Shown: piece by piece, positions 50,493 through 59,416 of the stretch
How the letters are laid out: every line of letters starts with the position of its first letter
How positions within the stretch are numbered: the stretch's first letter is position 1
Sequence record: NC_048821.1
Length of the DNA stretch: 64,000 nucleotides
Strand: one strand, 5' to 3'
Notes under the pieces: generated by a model
What the model saw: only the letters and a program-made list of their open reading frames with translations
Told to the model about the DNA's origin: nothing
The model's database searches: none
Position numbers and translations under genes: made by a program

Positions 50493-51007
50493 TCTTTGTA
50501 TTAACGTTTATCACATTACTGACCGTCGGGTCTTTATTTTCAGCAGATCAATACCAACCAATTTACATTTTTATGATCTTAGTAGTTTCAGCAGGATGGT
50601 GCATTATGAAACTACTCGACAATAAATCTCAAAAGCGTTTCCGCGTTAACGCCGTTCGTAAGGATGACGTAACTCGTTTTGAGATTTATGATCATAACGA
50701 CAAGGTTAAGTTCGTACTAGTCGTTATGGAGAACACGGAGGGGTATAGTTTATTAGAACGAGATTATCATTCTTTAAACTCTTTAACTTGGTGCACTCCT
50801 AATCAAGAACGCGACTCTTTGAATTTAGTCAAACTCCTTAGTTCATTGGACGAGTCGGAGCGCAATACCGTCACTGAACAATTCTTTAACTTACTGTTGG
50901 TGCTGACCCACCAAAAACCCGTCATCAGTCATACTTGTTATGAAGACTACTCGATCTCTGAATCCGCAAAAGAACAGTTTGCGAGTTCGCTTCGTCTGGC
51001 TCTTTAA
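50489..51007 (+). CDS. Membrane protein with two N-terminal TM segments
   Basis: ATGA overlap at 50489; two hydrophobic stretches. Confidence 0.7.
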   Translation: MIFVLTFITLLTVGSLFSADQYQPIYIFMILVVSAGWCIMKLLDNKSQKRFRVNAVRKDDVTRFEIYDHNDKVKFVLVVMENTEGYSLLERDYHSLNSLTWCTPNQERDSLNLVKLLSSLDESERNTVTEQFFNLLLVLTHQKPVISHTCYEDYSISESAKEQFASSLRLAL

Positions 51008-51045
51008 TAAGCGCTGATGTTCAATATACTCAGAAGGAAACAATA

Positions 51046-51522
51046 ATGAAAAGTAAATTCTCTTGTTTATTACTCATGTGCATCAGCATGGCTGTGTCAG
51101 CAGACTACGTTGTACTGGATCAAACCTCCACACAAAAATGGGAGTATAATCCAGGTAAGGACGCTTTCACCTACCAATTCAATTATCAAGTTAATCGTTC
51201 ATTGGAATTGAGTTTCTTTTGTGACCCTATCCAGGGTGAAGGGAAATTTAAATTAATACTGGATGGGCGTATATATGAAGAGAAAGATTTGGGTAAGTTG
51301 TATGGCTATGATTCGTACTACGACTTGGCTCAGAACATGGGGTTCGCTCCAGGTGAATGGAACTACGGTGACTTCGCTCATTTCTTCGCACAATACGAAA
51401 CCATATGGTTTACTGATAAGGATGGGAAGGAACTCACTTCTTTCCCCAACGACAACAGGATGGCGGCTAATGAACTTTTCTCATTCAGAAAAGAGTGTCG
51501 TGCAGTTGTGCTAGATAAATAA
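51046..51522 (+). CDS. Secreted/periplasmic protein (158 aa)
   Basis: Signal peptide MKSKFSCLLLMCISMAVSA. Confidence 0.7.
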   Translation: MKSKFSCLLLMCISMAVSADYVVLDQTSTQKWEYNPGKDAFTYQFNYQVNRSLELSFFCDPIQGEGKFKLILDGRIYEEKDLGKLYGYDSYYDLAQNMGFAPGEWNYGDFAHFFAQYETIWFTDKDGKELTSFPNDNRMAANELFSFRKECRAVVLDK

Positions 51523-51601
51523 TAATTAAAAAGGCTGATGTAGGGAGGTGGGTTATCCACCTCCCGTTCTTTTACACTTTATTTTTTTACTAAATATTAT
51601 T

Positions 51602-51621
51602 AAATCTATATTATCAAAGTG
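51602..51621 (+). promoter_or_regulatory. Putative early promoter (variant)
   Basis: AAATCTATATTATCAAAGTG after a hairpin and T-tract. Confidence 0.5.
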
Positions 51622-51623
51622 TT

Positions 51624-52445
51624 ATGAGACTTAGTTTTCTTAAGGAAGCAACTATGAAAGAACGCATCGACAAATATCAAGCCAGGTTTTTATGGTTAGC
51701 TGAGCAAGCTGGAATTACCGTTAATAAACCTATTGTAGGTTTTTGCACATCAAGTATTAACAAGAACGACTCCGCACACAATCTAGAACATGTGTTAGCG
51801 GTTGTAAAGCTCGGGGTGGAGCTAGGAATAAAGAAGGGATACTACGGCACCAAAGAAATGCTAATCGTCTACTACGGATGTTTGATGCACGATTTAGGTT
51901 GCCGTTGGGATAGAGCTTCGCATCATGTGGAGTCCGCTATATTAGCAGAGGAATTACTAACTTCATTTGGTGGTAAGGAATTAACTGGGGAACAAATAGC
52001 ACAAGTGGGACTGTGTTGTTTGGAACACCGCAGTAGTTATAAAGGTGGTCCGACTACGGAACTTAGTACCTTGGTGGCTTTAGCGGACCGAGGTAAACCT
52101 AACTTTCCTTTATACGTAATGCGGAGTTTCTTGTTTCGTTGTAAGGAAGAGTTGACCCAACGTCAAATGACTAACGAGATCTACAACCACTTGTTAGAAA
52201 AGTTTGGTCGTTCGGAAGGTTATAACTGGGATAGCTATCCTAGTAGTGGATTGGATTTGTTTGCTGAAGATTGGCGGACTTTTGATCGACTACTCCTACG
52301 CAAAAACGTAAATTCATTAGTCAATACCTACACTGAACAGTACAACCGAACGGGATTAGTTCGTCCGGTTGAGCACATAGACACCCACTACATGGGGTTG
52401 TGGGGTAAACGTAATAATGACCGTAAGATACGGTTTAAGGGATAA
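51624..52445 (+). CDS. HD-domain phosphohydrolase
   Basis: AHNLEH...MHDLG...HH...EHR...ALADRG; the true start may be the ATG at 51654. Confidence 0.85.
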   Translation: MRLSFLKEATMKERIDKYQARFLWLAEQAGITVNKPIVGFCTSSINKNDSAHNLEHVLAVVKLGVELGIKKGYYGTKEMLIVYYGCLMHDLGCRWDRASHHVESAILAEELLTSFGGKELTGEQIAQVGLCCLEHRSSYKGGPTTELSTLVALADRGKPNFPLYVMRSFLFRCKEELTQRQMTNEIYNHLLEKFGRSEGYNWDSYPSSGLDLFAEDWRTFDRLLLRKNVNSLVNTYTEQYNRTGLVRPVEHIDTHYMGLWGKRNNDRKIRFKG

Positions 52446-52448
52446 AGA

Positions 52449-53357
52449 GTGATTTATACAAACTTCAAAGAACTGGGCCAGCGTGTACTTAATGAAGGTG
52501 AGGTTATCCATAACCAACGCACTGGTAAAAACTGCCTTACGGTAATTAATGCGGACCTAACGTATCATAATGACTTAGGCGCTGTACCAGCTAATACTCT
52601 TCGCCAATCACCTTTCTATTTAGGTGTTGGTGAACTATTAGGTTACTGGAAGGGGTTAATGAATGCCGCGGATTTTCGTGCTTTGATGACTAAGTCTTGG
52701 GATGCGAATGCCAACGAAAATAAAGCGTGGTTAAATAACCCCAACCGTCTTGGTGAAGATGACATGGGTGTGGTTTACGGTGCAGTTGCCAACCATTGGC
52801 CGATCATGGAGTTTGTGAATCGGTCAGCGCGCATTAAGGATGACGGTACTTTAGATTTACGTCATTCTGGCGAAATTGATATACTGCACAAGATCTATAC
52901 GGATTTAAGTAATGGTCTGGATGATCGTGGTGAGATCCTTAACTTCTGGAATCCGGGGATGTTTGATTTAGGATGTTTACGTCCTTGTATGTATTCCCAC
53001 CACTGGTCACTGGTAAACGATAACATGTACCTGAACTCAACGCAACGCTCAGCGGATTTAGGATTGGGCGTAAGCTCCAACATGATTCAAGTTTTCTTGA
53101 GCAATGCGCTGATGGCACAGATTACAGGTCATCATGCTAAAGAGTCTTATCATAAGCTGGTTAACGTACATTTGTATGAAGACCAAATTGACCTGTTCCG
53201 TGGTGAGATGGAGCGAGAACCTTTGGAAGCACCTACGTTGTGGATTAACCCAGACATTAAAACGCTGGAGGACGTTCGCACTTGGGTAACTCCTAAAGAC
53301 TTCAAGCTTATCGACTACAAGCATCACGACAAAATCGTGTATCCGTTTACCGTTTAG
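52449..53357 (+). CDS. thyA: Thymidylate synthase
   Basis: RTG..., LRPCMY catalytic Cys, QRSAD..LG..SN, NVHLYEDQ. Confidence 0.95.
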   Translation: MIYTNFKELGQRVLNEGEVIHNQRTGKNCLTVINADLTYHNDLGAVPANTLRQSPFYLGVGELLGYWKGLMNAADFRALMTKSWDANANENKAWLNNPNRLGEDDMGVVYGAVANHWPIMEFVNRSARIKDDGTLDLRHSGEIDILHKIYTDLSNGLDDRGEILNFWNPGMFDLGCLRPCMYSHHWSLVNDNMYLNSTQRSADLGLGVSSNMIQVFLSNALMAQITGHHAKESYHKLVNVHLYEDQIDLFRGEMEREPLEAPTLWINPDIKTLEDVRTWVTPKDFKLIDYKHHDKIVYPFTV

Positions 53358-53370
53358 TTGATTAAATCAG

Positions 53371-53400
53371 GTGGGTCCTTCGGGACCCACTCCTTTTTTG
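53371..53400 (+). terminator. Intrinsic terminator
   Basis: GTGGGTCC-TTCG-GGACCCAC then T-tract. Confidence 0.85.
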
Positions 53401-53429
53401 CACTTTAAAAATTTATTAAGGATGTTTCC

Positions 53430-53879
53430 ATGCAAACTGAACCAAATAAGTTTGAATCAGAAAAGATTCGTTATCAAAGAAACAAAAAGTCAATTCTGGA
53501 ACGCTGCGATGTTTCATGTCGGGAGGTCATCCAGTCATTAAACCAATGTTGTTATCTGGGGACAAGATACTGCTGTGAGGGACATGAGACTAACGACAAT
53601 GTAGTTTATTCCATCCAAATGGTTTACCGTAATGAAGCATTTGAAAAACTTATTATGTTGTATCACCTGCTCACTGATGCTTTTGACGAACCCAATGTCG
53701 TTGAAATGAAGTTTGCAAGAAAAAGAACAACAGTCAGCAACAATAATGCCCTGCACGTAGTTACCTTCTTTGTACGTCGTGATACTTACAAGAAACCTAG
53801 CGCTGATGAAGTCTCTCAAATTTTCATGAATTGGATTGAGACTTACCGTGTTAGCGAACCGACTCATTTCTATTCATGA
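53430..53879 (+). CDS. Hypothetical protein with TRYCCEGH motif (149 aa)
   Basis: ORF with AAGGA SD. Confidence 0.7.
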   Translation: MQTEPNKFESEKIRYQRNKKSILERCDVSCREVIQSLNQCCYLGTRYCCEGHETNDNVVYSIQMVYRNEAFEKLIMLYHLLTDAFDEPNVVEMKFARKRTTVSNNNALHVVTFFVRRDTYKKPSADEVSQIFMNWIETYRVSEPTHFYS

Positions 53880-53885
53880 GGTTAA

Positions 53886-54524
53886 ATGATGAAAAATTTC
53901 TACATGCAAATAAACGACGACAACTTCCGTGTTCAGTTTACTTCCGACCGAGACAGTTATTGGACTTGCGAAACCAGAGGTGGGAAACCCGTCTGGAGAG
54001 ATAAGCTGAAATATCATCCGGAAGAAGGTGAACCCGAACGGGTGATGTTCGGTAGTCGACTGCTGTACGATAACGTTATGGATTTGTCATGTAACGACAT
54101 GCTAGATGCTGCCAAAGTTTTTGGTCTCGATGAATTGAAACCGGGCACTTACAAGATCCGACCTCCTGGTTGTTATTTCTACGAGGTAGGTTTAACTTAT
54201 TGGTATGGCATTACTGAATCGGGCCGAGTCATAGCAGTGACGCTATCTAAATCTAACTTGACCATTGAAGAATATGATAAAGAAGGGAACTACTTTATCG
54301 ACCCGGATAATGAAGGCACGCGTGTGGCTGAAGCGGTTGGGATTTTCTCTGCCGAGGAAACGCTACTTTGGGTGATGATGGTCGTCATGCGACCTGAGGT
54401 ACCTAAGATGTTAAAAAGTTATTATCGTCCTGACGACACTATATCTATCCATACGGTAAATTACAGTGAAGGTCTGATCGAGGAATGGGTCGGTAAATTT
54501 GAAAAAGCATTGGAGGAATTGTAA
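53886..54524 (+). CDS. Degenerate Ntn-hydrolase-like subunit A1
   Basis: Paralogue of 55235..55879; shares DML...FGL...PGTY with the Thr1 proteins. Confidence 0.6.
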   Translation: MMKNFYMQINDDNFRVQFTSDRDSYWTCETRGGKPVWRDKLKYHPEEGEPERVMFGSRLLYDNVMDLSCNDMLDAAKVFGLDELKPGTYKIRPPGCYFYEVGLTYWYGITESGRVIAVTLSKSNLTIEEYDKEGNYFIDPDNEGTRVAEAVGIFSAEETLLWVMMVVMRPEVPKMLKSYYRPDDTISIHTVNYSEGLIEEWVGKFEKALEEL

Positions 54525-55231
54525 TGACCATCGTCGTTTTCCATAAAGGTACTTTCATGGCCGATTCATTAAGTCGTCACGGTGCCGAATTAGAAGCAGA
54601 ACATCGAGGTCGAGAGGCTTCCAAATCACATCTTAAGATTTATCCGGTTCCTGAAGACGTGCCTAAGTTTGATGACGGAAGCGGTACGTTAAAGACTCCG
54701 GACTTCATGGGTTCAGCTGGATCGACTTTCGCTATTCGGGTGACTACACTTTTTTTAAGTGACTTGTTGACTCCGTTCGGACTAACTAATTTCGTTCCCG
54801 GAACTTATAACTTACAAACCTGCAATTTACAAGTAAACACTAATCGTGTTGCATGGTTTTTATTCCGGGTAGGTGAACAATGTTTCCGGGTTGAATACGA
54901 AGGGAACAAACTCATCATCGGTGAATTAAAAGACGCCGACATCATTGGGAGTGCCAAGGGTTCATATAACTTTTTATTGAAAGTGTTGTATGACACCTTT
55001 AATCCTCCGCTTAATAAGAAGTTTGTTGCGTTGAACTTTTTGTTGTTGTCGGGCATCGACGAAACCATTGGTGGTGATCTTTGGGTGGTAAACAAAGGTG
55101 AAAGAGAAATTACCGCGTCATCTCCCAAACTTAGTGATAAAGTTAAAAAGAAACTGGTCAAGGATTATCGTGAGAATTTGTACAAAAAAGCTAATCTCAC
55201 TTTACCTGTTGAAGAAAAGAAAGAGGATTAA
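54524..55231 (+). CDS. Proteasome-beta/HslV-like Ntn hydrolase B1
   Basis: (M)TIVV..G.FMADS...LKI...GSAG...IGSA...DETIGG. Confidence 0.7.
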   Translation: MTIVVFHKGTFMADSLSRHGAELEAEHRGREASKSHLKIYPVPEDVPKFDDGSGTLKTPDFMGSAGSTFAIRVTTLFLSDLLTPFGLTNFVPGTYNLQTCNLQVNTNRVAWFLFRVGEQCFRVEYEGNKLIIGELKDADIIGSAKGSYNFLLKVLYDTFNPPLNKKFVALNFLLLSGIDETIGGDLWVVNKGEREITASSPKLSDKVKKKLVKDYRENLYKKANLTLPVEEKKED

Positions 55232-55234
55232 ACA

Positions 55235-55879
55235 ATGTCCATAATCAGTGTAGACAGAAGCGGGTTCATGGTTACCGCCGTTACTGAGCGCGGTCCCTTT
55301 TGGTGCATGACGACTTCCGCTAGTCGCCCTGTCTGGAGCAAAGACTTCCCTATTGAACGTGAGGAAGGCGTACCAGAACATGTGATTTATGGTGCGGCTT
55401 ACGACGATGGTGAAGGGAAAGATTTTTCTTCTAATGAATTTTACGACATCATGTGGTTGTATCAAGTTGAAAAGTTAGAGGAAGGGACGTATCCACTCCG
55501 TCACCCACTTATGGTGCACAGTAAGATGGGAGAGCATCGCTGGGCTGGTTTAACTAACAAAGGTACTTTAGTTACCTTAAAACTTAACGACAGAAATTTG
55601 GAGATTAAGTTTTACGATGTTAGCGACGGTGGCAGTTATCTCATTGACAATGACCAAGAGAAAGGTCTTCCGATCGCAAGCGAAGTTGTTGGGGTTATAG
55701 ACGGTCCCGAAAGTTTGCAATGGGGGATGTTAGCTAGCCTCAGAAAGGACACCCCTAAGTTAGCCAAGGTGTTTTCTACTGATCGAGACATAAGTGTTGT
55801 AATGTCCATGAATCCAAAACCTGAAACATTAGATAGTTGGGTGACTGCTCTGGATGAAAAGCTAGGAGAATTAGTATGA
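55235..55879 (+). CDS. Degenerate Ntn-hydrolase-like subunit A2
   Basis: Paralogue of A1 (W...RPVW...EEG.PE.V..G). Confidence 0.6.
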   Translation: MSIISVDRSGFMVTAVTERGPFWCMTTSASRPVWSKDFPIEREEGVPEHVIYGAAYDDGEGKDFSSNEFYDIMWLYQVEKLEEGTYPLRHPLMVHSKMGEHRWAGLTNKGTLVTLKLNDRNLEIKFYDVSDGGSYLIDNDQEKGLPIASEVVGVIDGPESLQWGMLASLRKDTPKLAKVFSTDRDISVVMSMNPKPETLDSWVTALDEKLGELV

Positions 55880-56592
55880 CTTTAGTTGTTGGATTTTTAG
55901 GTGACATGATGGCTGATTCTAAGGCGATGAGCTGCGCCGAAGAGTTAGAACGTCGTCCTCGGGTTGCCACGCATGATCATCTTAAGATCATGCCCGCACC
56001 TAACTTGACCCCTCCTTATGTTGATGAAGAAGGAACAGAGCATGTTCCAGACTTTATGGGAGTGGCAGGGAACACTAATGCAGTAGAGATGCTTAAGTTA
56101 GACCCCACGGATATGTTAGGTTTGTTTGGTTTGGAGAAATTCATTCCTGGTGAATACAACATGTCTTTGATCAATTTTAACATGGATACTGACATCTCTT
56201 TAAAAGTCATGTTCCGTGTTGGTGAGAAATTCTTTACCGTGGGATTTGACGGTTCTTCTTTGGAGATCTCTAAATTAACCAACTATGTTTCTATGGGTAG
56301 TGGTGCTGGACCTTTCCGCGTCCTAACTAAGATGCTCTTTGATGACAAGGGGGTGACAGGTCAAGATCTCGCGACTACCTTTAAACTACTCATGTTATCA
56401 GGTGCGGATGTAACCGTAGGAGGAAAATTCCAATTCCTGTTATCCGGAAAGGATAACGTTTTTAGCGAGACACCTAAGATCACTCAAGAAGACCGAGAGA
56501 AATTAGTAAAGCGTTACAAAGAGACGCTTTACAAACTAAGCGGTCACGAACTCCCTAAAGAAGCGGAAGAGGAAAAGATTGAGAAGGAGTAG
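55876..56592 (+). CDS. Proteasome-beta/HslV-like Ntn hydrolase B2
   Basis: (M)TLVV..GDMMADS...LKI...GVAG...MGSGA...DVTVGG. Confidence 0.75.
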   Translation: MTLVVGFLGDMMADSKAMSCAEELERRPRVATHDHLKIMPAPNLTPPYVDEEGTEHVPDFMGVAGNTNAVEMLKLDPTDMLGLFGLEKFIPGEYNMSLINFNMDTDISLKVMFRVGEKFFTVGFDGSSLEISKLTNYVSMGSGAGPFRVLTKMLFDDKGVTGQDLATTFKLLMLSGADVTVGGKFQFLLSGKDNVFSETPKITQEDREKLVKRYKETLYKLSGHELPKEAEEEKIEKE

Positions 56593-56595
56593 GGT

Positions 56596-57165
56596 ATGAA
56601 GGAAAACACCATCAAGTTGGTGTTACTGGACGTGATCAAAGCTTACCACTCATACCTTGGAAACGAGGTATGGGAGGAAACCCTATTGAAAGCCAACAAT
56701 GGGGATTGCATCTGGATAGCTCAACTTACGGCGTATGTGCTCAGACATGCGTTTGATTTTTCGATAGACATACAGAGTTCCCCTCACCATACATTCTTAG
56801 TGTATGACGGAAAGGTTTACGATTCTCTTAACTTTAACGGCGGAGATGTATTCAGTCTCCCCTTTTACGGAGTATCAAGTAAATGTCGAAAGGAAGTTTC
56901 TCCTCTGGATTACTTTCATTTGGAACCTTGGGATGAAGATATCTATTCGGTAATTCACCATGTATGTAATCATTATGGAATAATCCCCATGGGGAACGTG
57001 GGGTATGATTTTGGGAATCCTAAACCCATCGCTATTATTAGTAGTGCGGAAGAACAAAATCGTTTAGAGATTATGGACATTGATGTTGAGTATCGAATTT
57101 CAGCTGGATACGAGACGGAACATGTGCATGTTGTTGAAGTTAAAGATAATAACCTAGGTAATTAA
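56596..57165 (+). CDS. Transglutaminase/papain-like Cys-His-Asp domain protein
   Basis: NNGDC...HHTF..YDGKVYD. Confidence 0.6.
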   Translation: MKENTIKLVLLDVIKAYHSYLGNEVWEETLLKANNGDCIWIAQLTAYVLRHAFDFSIDIQSSPHHTFLVYDGKVYDSLNFNGGDVFSLPFYGVSSKCRKEVSPLDYFHLEPWDEDIYSVIHHVCNHYGIIPMGNVGYDFGNPKPIAIISSAEEQNRLEIMDIDVEYRISAGYETEHVHVVEVKDNNLGN

Positions 57166-57167
57166 GA

Positions 57168-57560
57168 ATGTTGTTCACAGTCGGTGCGTTAATTAAAAAT
57201 GCGGAAGGTAAACTATTGATCCAAAATCATAAAAAGATTGGTGGGTTAACCATCCCTAGTGGTAAATTGGATGATAACGAACGTGACGTGGTTGGACTGA
57301 CCCGAGAATTGAAAGAGGAATTGGGCGTAACAACCCTTTGGGTTGGTAAGCGTTTAGGTAAGTGGCGACAGACCTACGAGGGTTTAGGTGTTGTCGATCA
57401 AGCTCTATACGAAGTGGTGTTAAACGAAGAACCTCGAAACATGGAACCAAACAAACACACTTCCCAAACTTGGATGTCCATTGAGGAGATCAAATCAAGT
57501 GGGGAGAAACTCAGCGGATATTTAACTAAAGTTTTAGAACTGGAGAAAACAAATGAGTAA
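57168..57560 (+). CDS. Nudix hydrolase
   Basis: Nudix box GKLDDNERDVVGLTRELKEELG. Confidence 0.9.
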   Translation: MLFTVGALIKNAEGKLLIQNHKKIGGLTIPSGKLDDNERDVVGLTRELKEELGVTTLWVGKRLGKWRQTYEGLGVVDQALYEVVLNEEPRNMEPNKHTSQTWMSIEEIKSSGEKLSGYLTKVLELEKTNE

Positions 57561-58815
57561 ACAAATTAAAGAATTAATGTACCAACTGGTCGATTCATTC
57601 TCGATTATTGCTAACCTTAAACACCATAAAGCGGTTCAGTATTTGAACAGCGGGCATTGTTACGCGGTGGCGACGTTAGCACAACACATCTTAAAAGAGA
57701 AATATGACATCACAGTGAACTTGAAGTCTCACCCACATCATAGTTTCTTTGAATATGACGGTGTCTACTACGATACTTTGTTTCCGGTAGGTTATCCACT
57801 ACACCCTTCTGAGGTGTGGCGTATGGAAGAGGCTCGGTGTCGTAAGACTTTAGATGACTGGGCGTTTGGAGAGTGCATGATGGTTAACCCAGACCCAACT
57901 ATCATCGCTTGGGTGGAGTACGTTACGGAAAGACTCGGAATCAGTCAACCTAAGTTTTACTGGGAGATGATAGAAACTTTCGAAGATCGTTCTACTTATG
58001 ATAAGAAAGCAACTCGTAAAGTCTACCATCACAAACTAGGCAAGTACCGTCGTAAGGTTAAACGTTACCGTCTCCGAGCATGGAAGTTCCGTAACGTAGA
58101 ATGGAAAACGTTCATGATTGGTTGGATGGCGGAGTTTACCCCTTATCCGGAAGATCTTTGGGTGGATTTAGAAGTCATTGAATACGATAAGTGGGTGAAG
58201 AAAGTAATCTCTACCGTTTACCCTCCTTACGAAGAAGTGATGGAGAAGTGTTTTGGTGACGATGTCTTTGACTCCCCTAATGTTCAAGCGATGGGTCGAT
58301 TAAGTGACATCTGTACAGGTGGTGAAGTGGGGTTTAAGCGGGACAACCTTTGGGGTGTATGTGCCAGCACTGGTCTCGAGTTAAGTGCTTCTATGGAAGT
58401 GAAGTCTCCTGTGGGACCCCTAGAGGTTTCGGAGGAAGTGGATAAAATACTGGAAGACGCAGCACAGCACTTGAATGAGAAACACCAACAGTCTAGTTTC
58501 CCTCGTGGTTGTTCTGCTAACGTCAAAATGTACGATGATGCTTGTTATCAACATTACATGAATGCACGGTCTGAAGCCCCAGGTCTTTTGAACTTGACAT
58601 GTCATCACTGGAAGGTAATCGACGAGGCTTGCAAAAGAATAAAGGACGGGGAAGTCTTTGATCCTAAAAGAGTGCTTACATTAGGTTCACCTGATAAACT
58701 AGAAGATGATCCTAAACGTGTACTCTTTGCCGTCGAAGATAACGAGGGTAAAGTGAGCTACACGAGTGATCGAGAAGCGTGGTTAAATAGGGACTCCGGT
58801 GACTGCGAGGAATAA
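57553..58815 (+). CDS. Multidomain protein with N-terminal Cys-His-Asp domain (420 aa)
   Basis: NSGHC...HHSF..YDGVYYD, paralogous to 56596..57165. Confidence 0.6.
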   Translation: MSKQIKELMYQLVDSFSIIANLKHHKAVQYLNSGHCYAVATLAQHILKEKYDITVNLKSHPHHSFFEYDGVYYDTLFPVGYPLHPSEVWRMEEARCRKTLDDWAFGECMMVNPDPTIIAWVEYVTERLGISQPKFYWEMIETFEDRSTYDKKATRKVYHHKLGKYRRKVKRYRLRAWKFRNVEWKTFMIGWMAEFTPYPEDLWVDLEVIEYDKWVKKVISTVYPPYEEVMEKCFGDDVFDSPNVQAMGRLSDICTGGEVGFKRDNLWGVCASTGLELSASMEVKSPVGPLEVSEEVDKILEDAAQHLNEKHQQSSFPRGCSANVKMYDDACYQHYMNARSEAPGLLNLTCHHWKVIDEACKRIKDGEVFDPKRVLTLGSPDKLEDDPKRVLFAVEDNEGKVSYTSDREAWLNRDSGDCEE

Positions 58816-58836
58816 CATCGTATGTAAGGAGAATCT

Positions 58837-59043
58837 ATGAGTAAACTAGCAATAGCGGCTGTGGTGGCCGCTACTTTATCAGCACCACATCCACTAACAA
58901 TAACGCGTGATTGGGAAGAAAGTTTTGACTACGACTTTCTTGCAACTGAGTTAAGAAGACCGCCTCTCAAAATCAACGCGGTTGGCACGAGTAGTCAGAA
59001 CAACATACGTCATTTTTATTATTACATTAGAAGGAACAACTGA
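58837..59043 (+). CDS. Small protein with signal-like N-terminus (68 aa)
   Basis: AAGGAG SD; KLAIAAVVAATLSA. Confidence 0.6.
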   Translation: MSKLAIAAVVAATLSAPHPLTITRDWEESFDYDFLATELRRPPLKINAVGTSSQNNIRHFYYYIRRNN

Positions 59044-59044
59044 G

Positions 59045-59416
59045 ATGTTTAAAAAGGAAAACTTGAAGATTCTTGTTATAGGGGTAGTGTTAGCGATCAG
59101 TTATCAGGTTGCCCTGAGCCTGGTGCCCAATACTTATGAATCAGAAGGCGAAATTGTCAATATCCGCGAGGAGGTTCATCAGATCGATGTCATTAACTTT
59201 CCAACCGTCGGTGAGAGTAAACGTGTCGAACCAGAAAGTCACTCCTTCGTACGCTATGAGATAGAAGTCTTAATAAACAGAAAGATAGTCTCTTGCATAT
59301 TAAAGGAAGAACAATACGGTTTGTTAAACGGGACTAATTTCGTTAACATGTCTTATGAGATGATGGACAACGGTGAGTACCGTTGCATGAATTTGAAACC
59401 TGCTGAGGACGTGTAA
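59045..59416 (+). CDS. Membrane-anchored beta-barrel/OB-like protein
   Basis: ATG at 59045 after AAGGA SD; TM segment then two Cys. Confidence 0.65.
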   Translation: MFKKENLKILVIGVVLAISYQVALSLVPNTYESEGEIVNIREEVHQIDVINFPTVGESKRVEPESHSFVRYEIEVLINRKIVSCILKEEQYGLLNGTNFVNMSYEMMDNGEYRCMNLKPAEDV

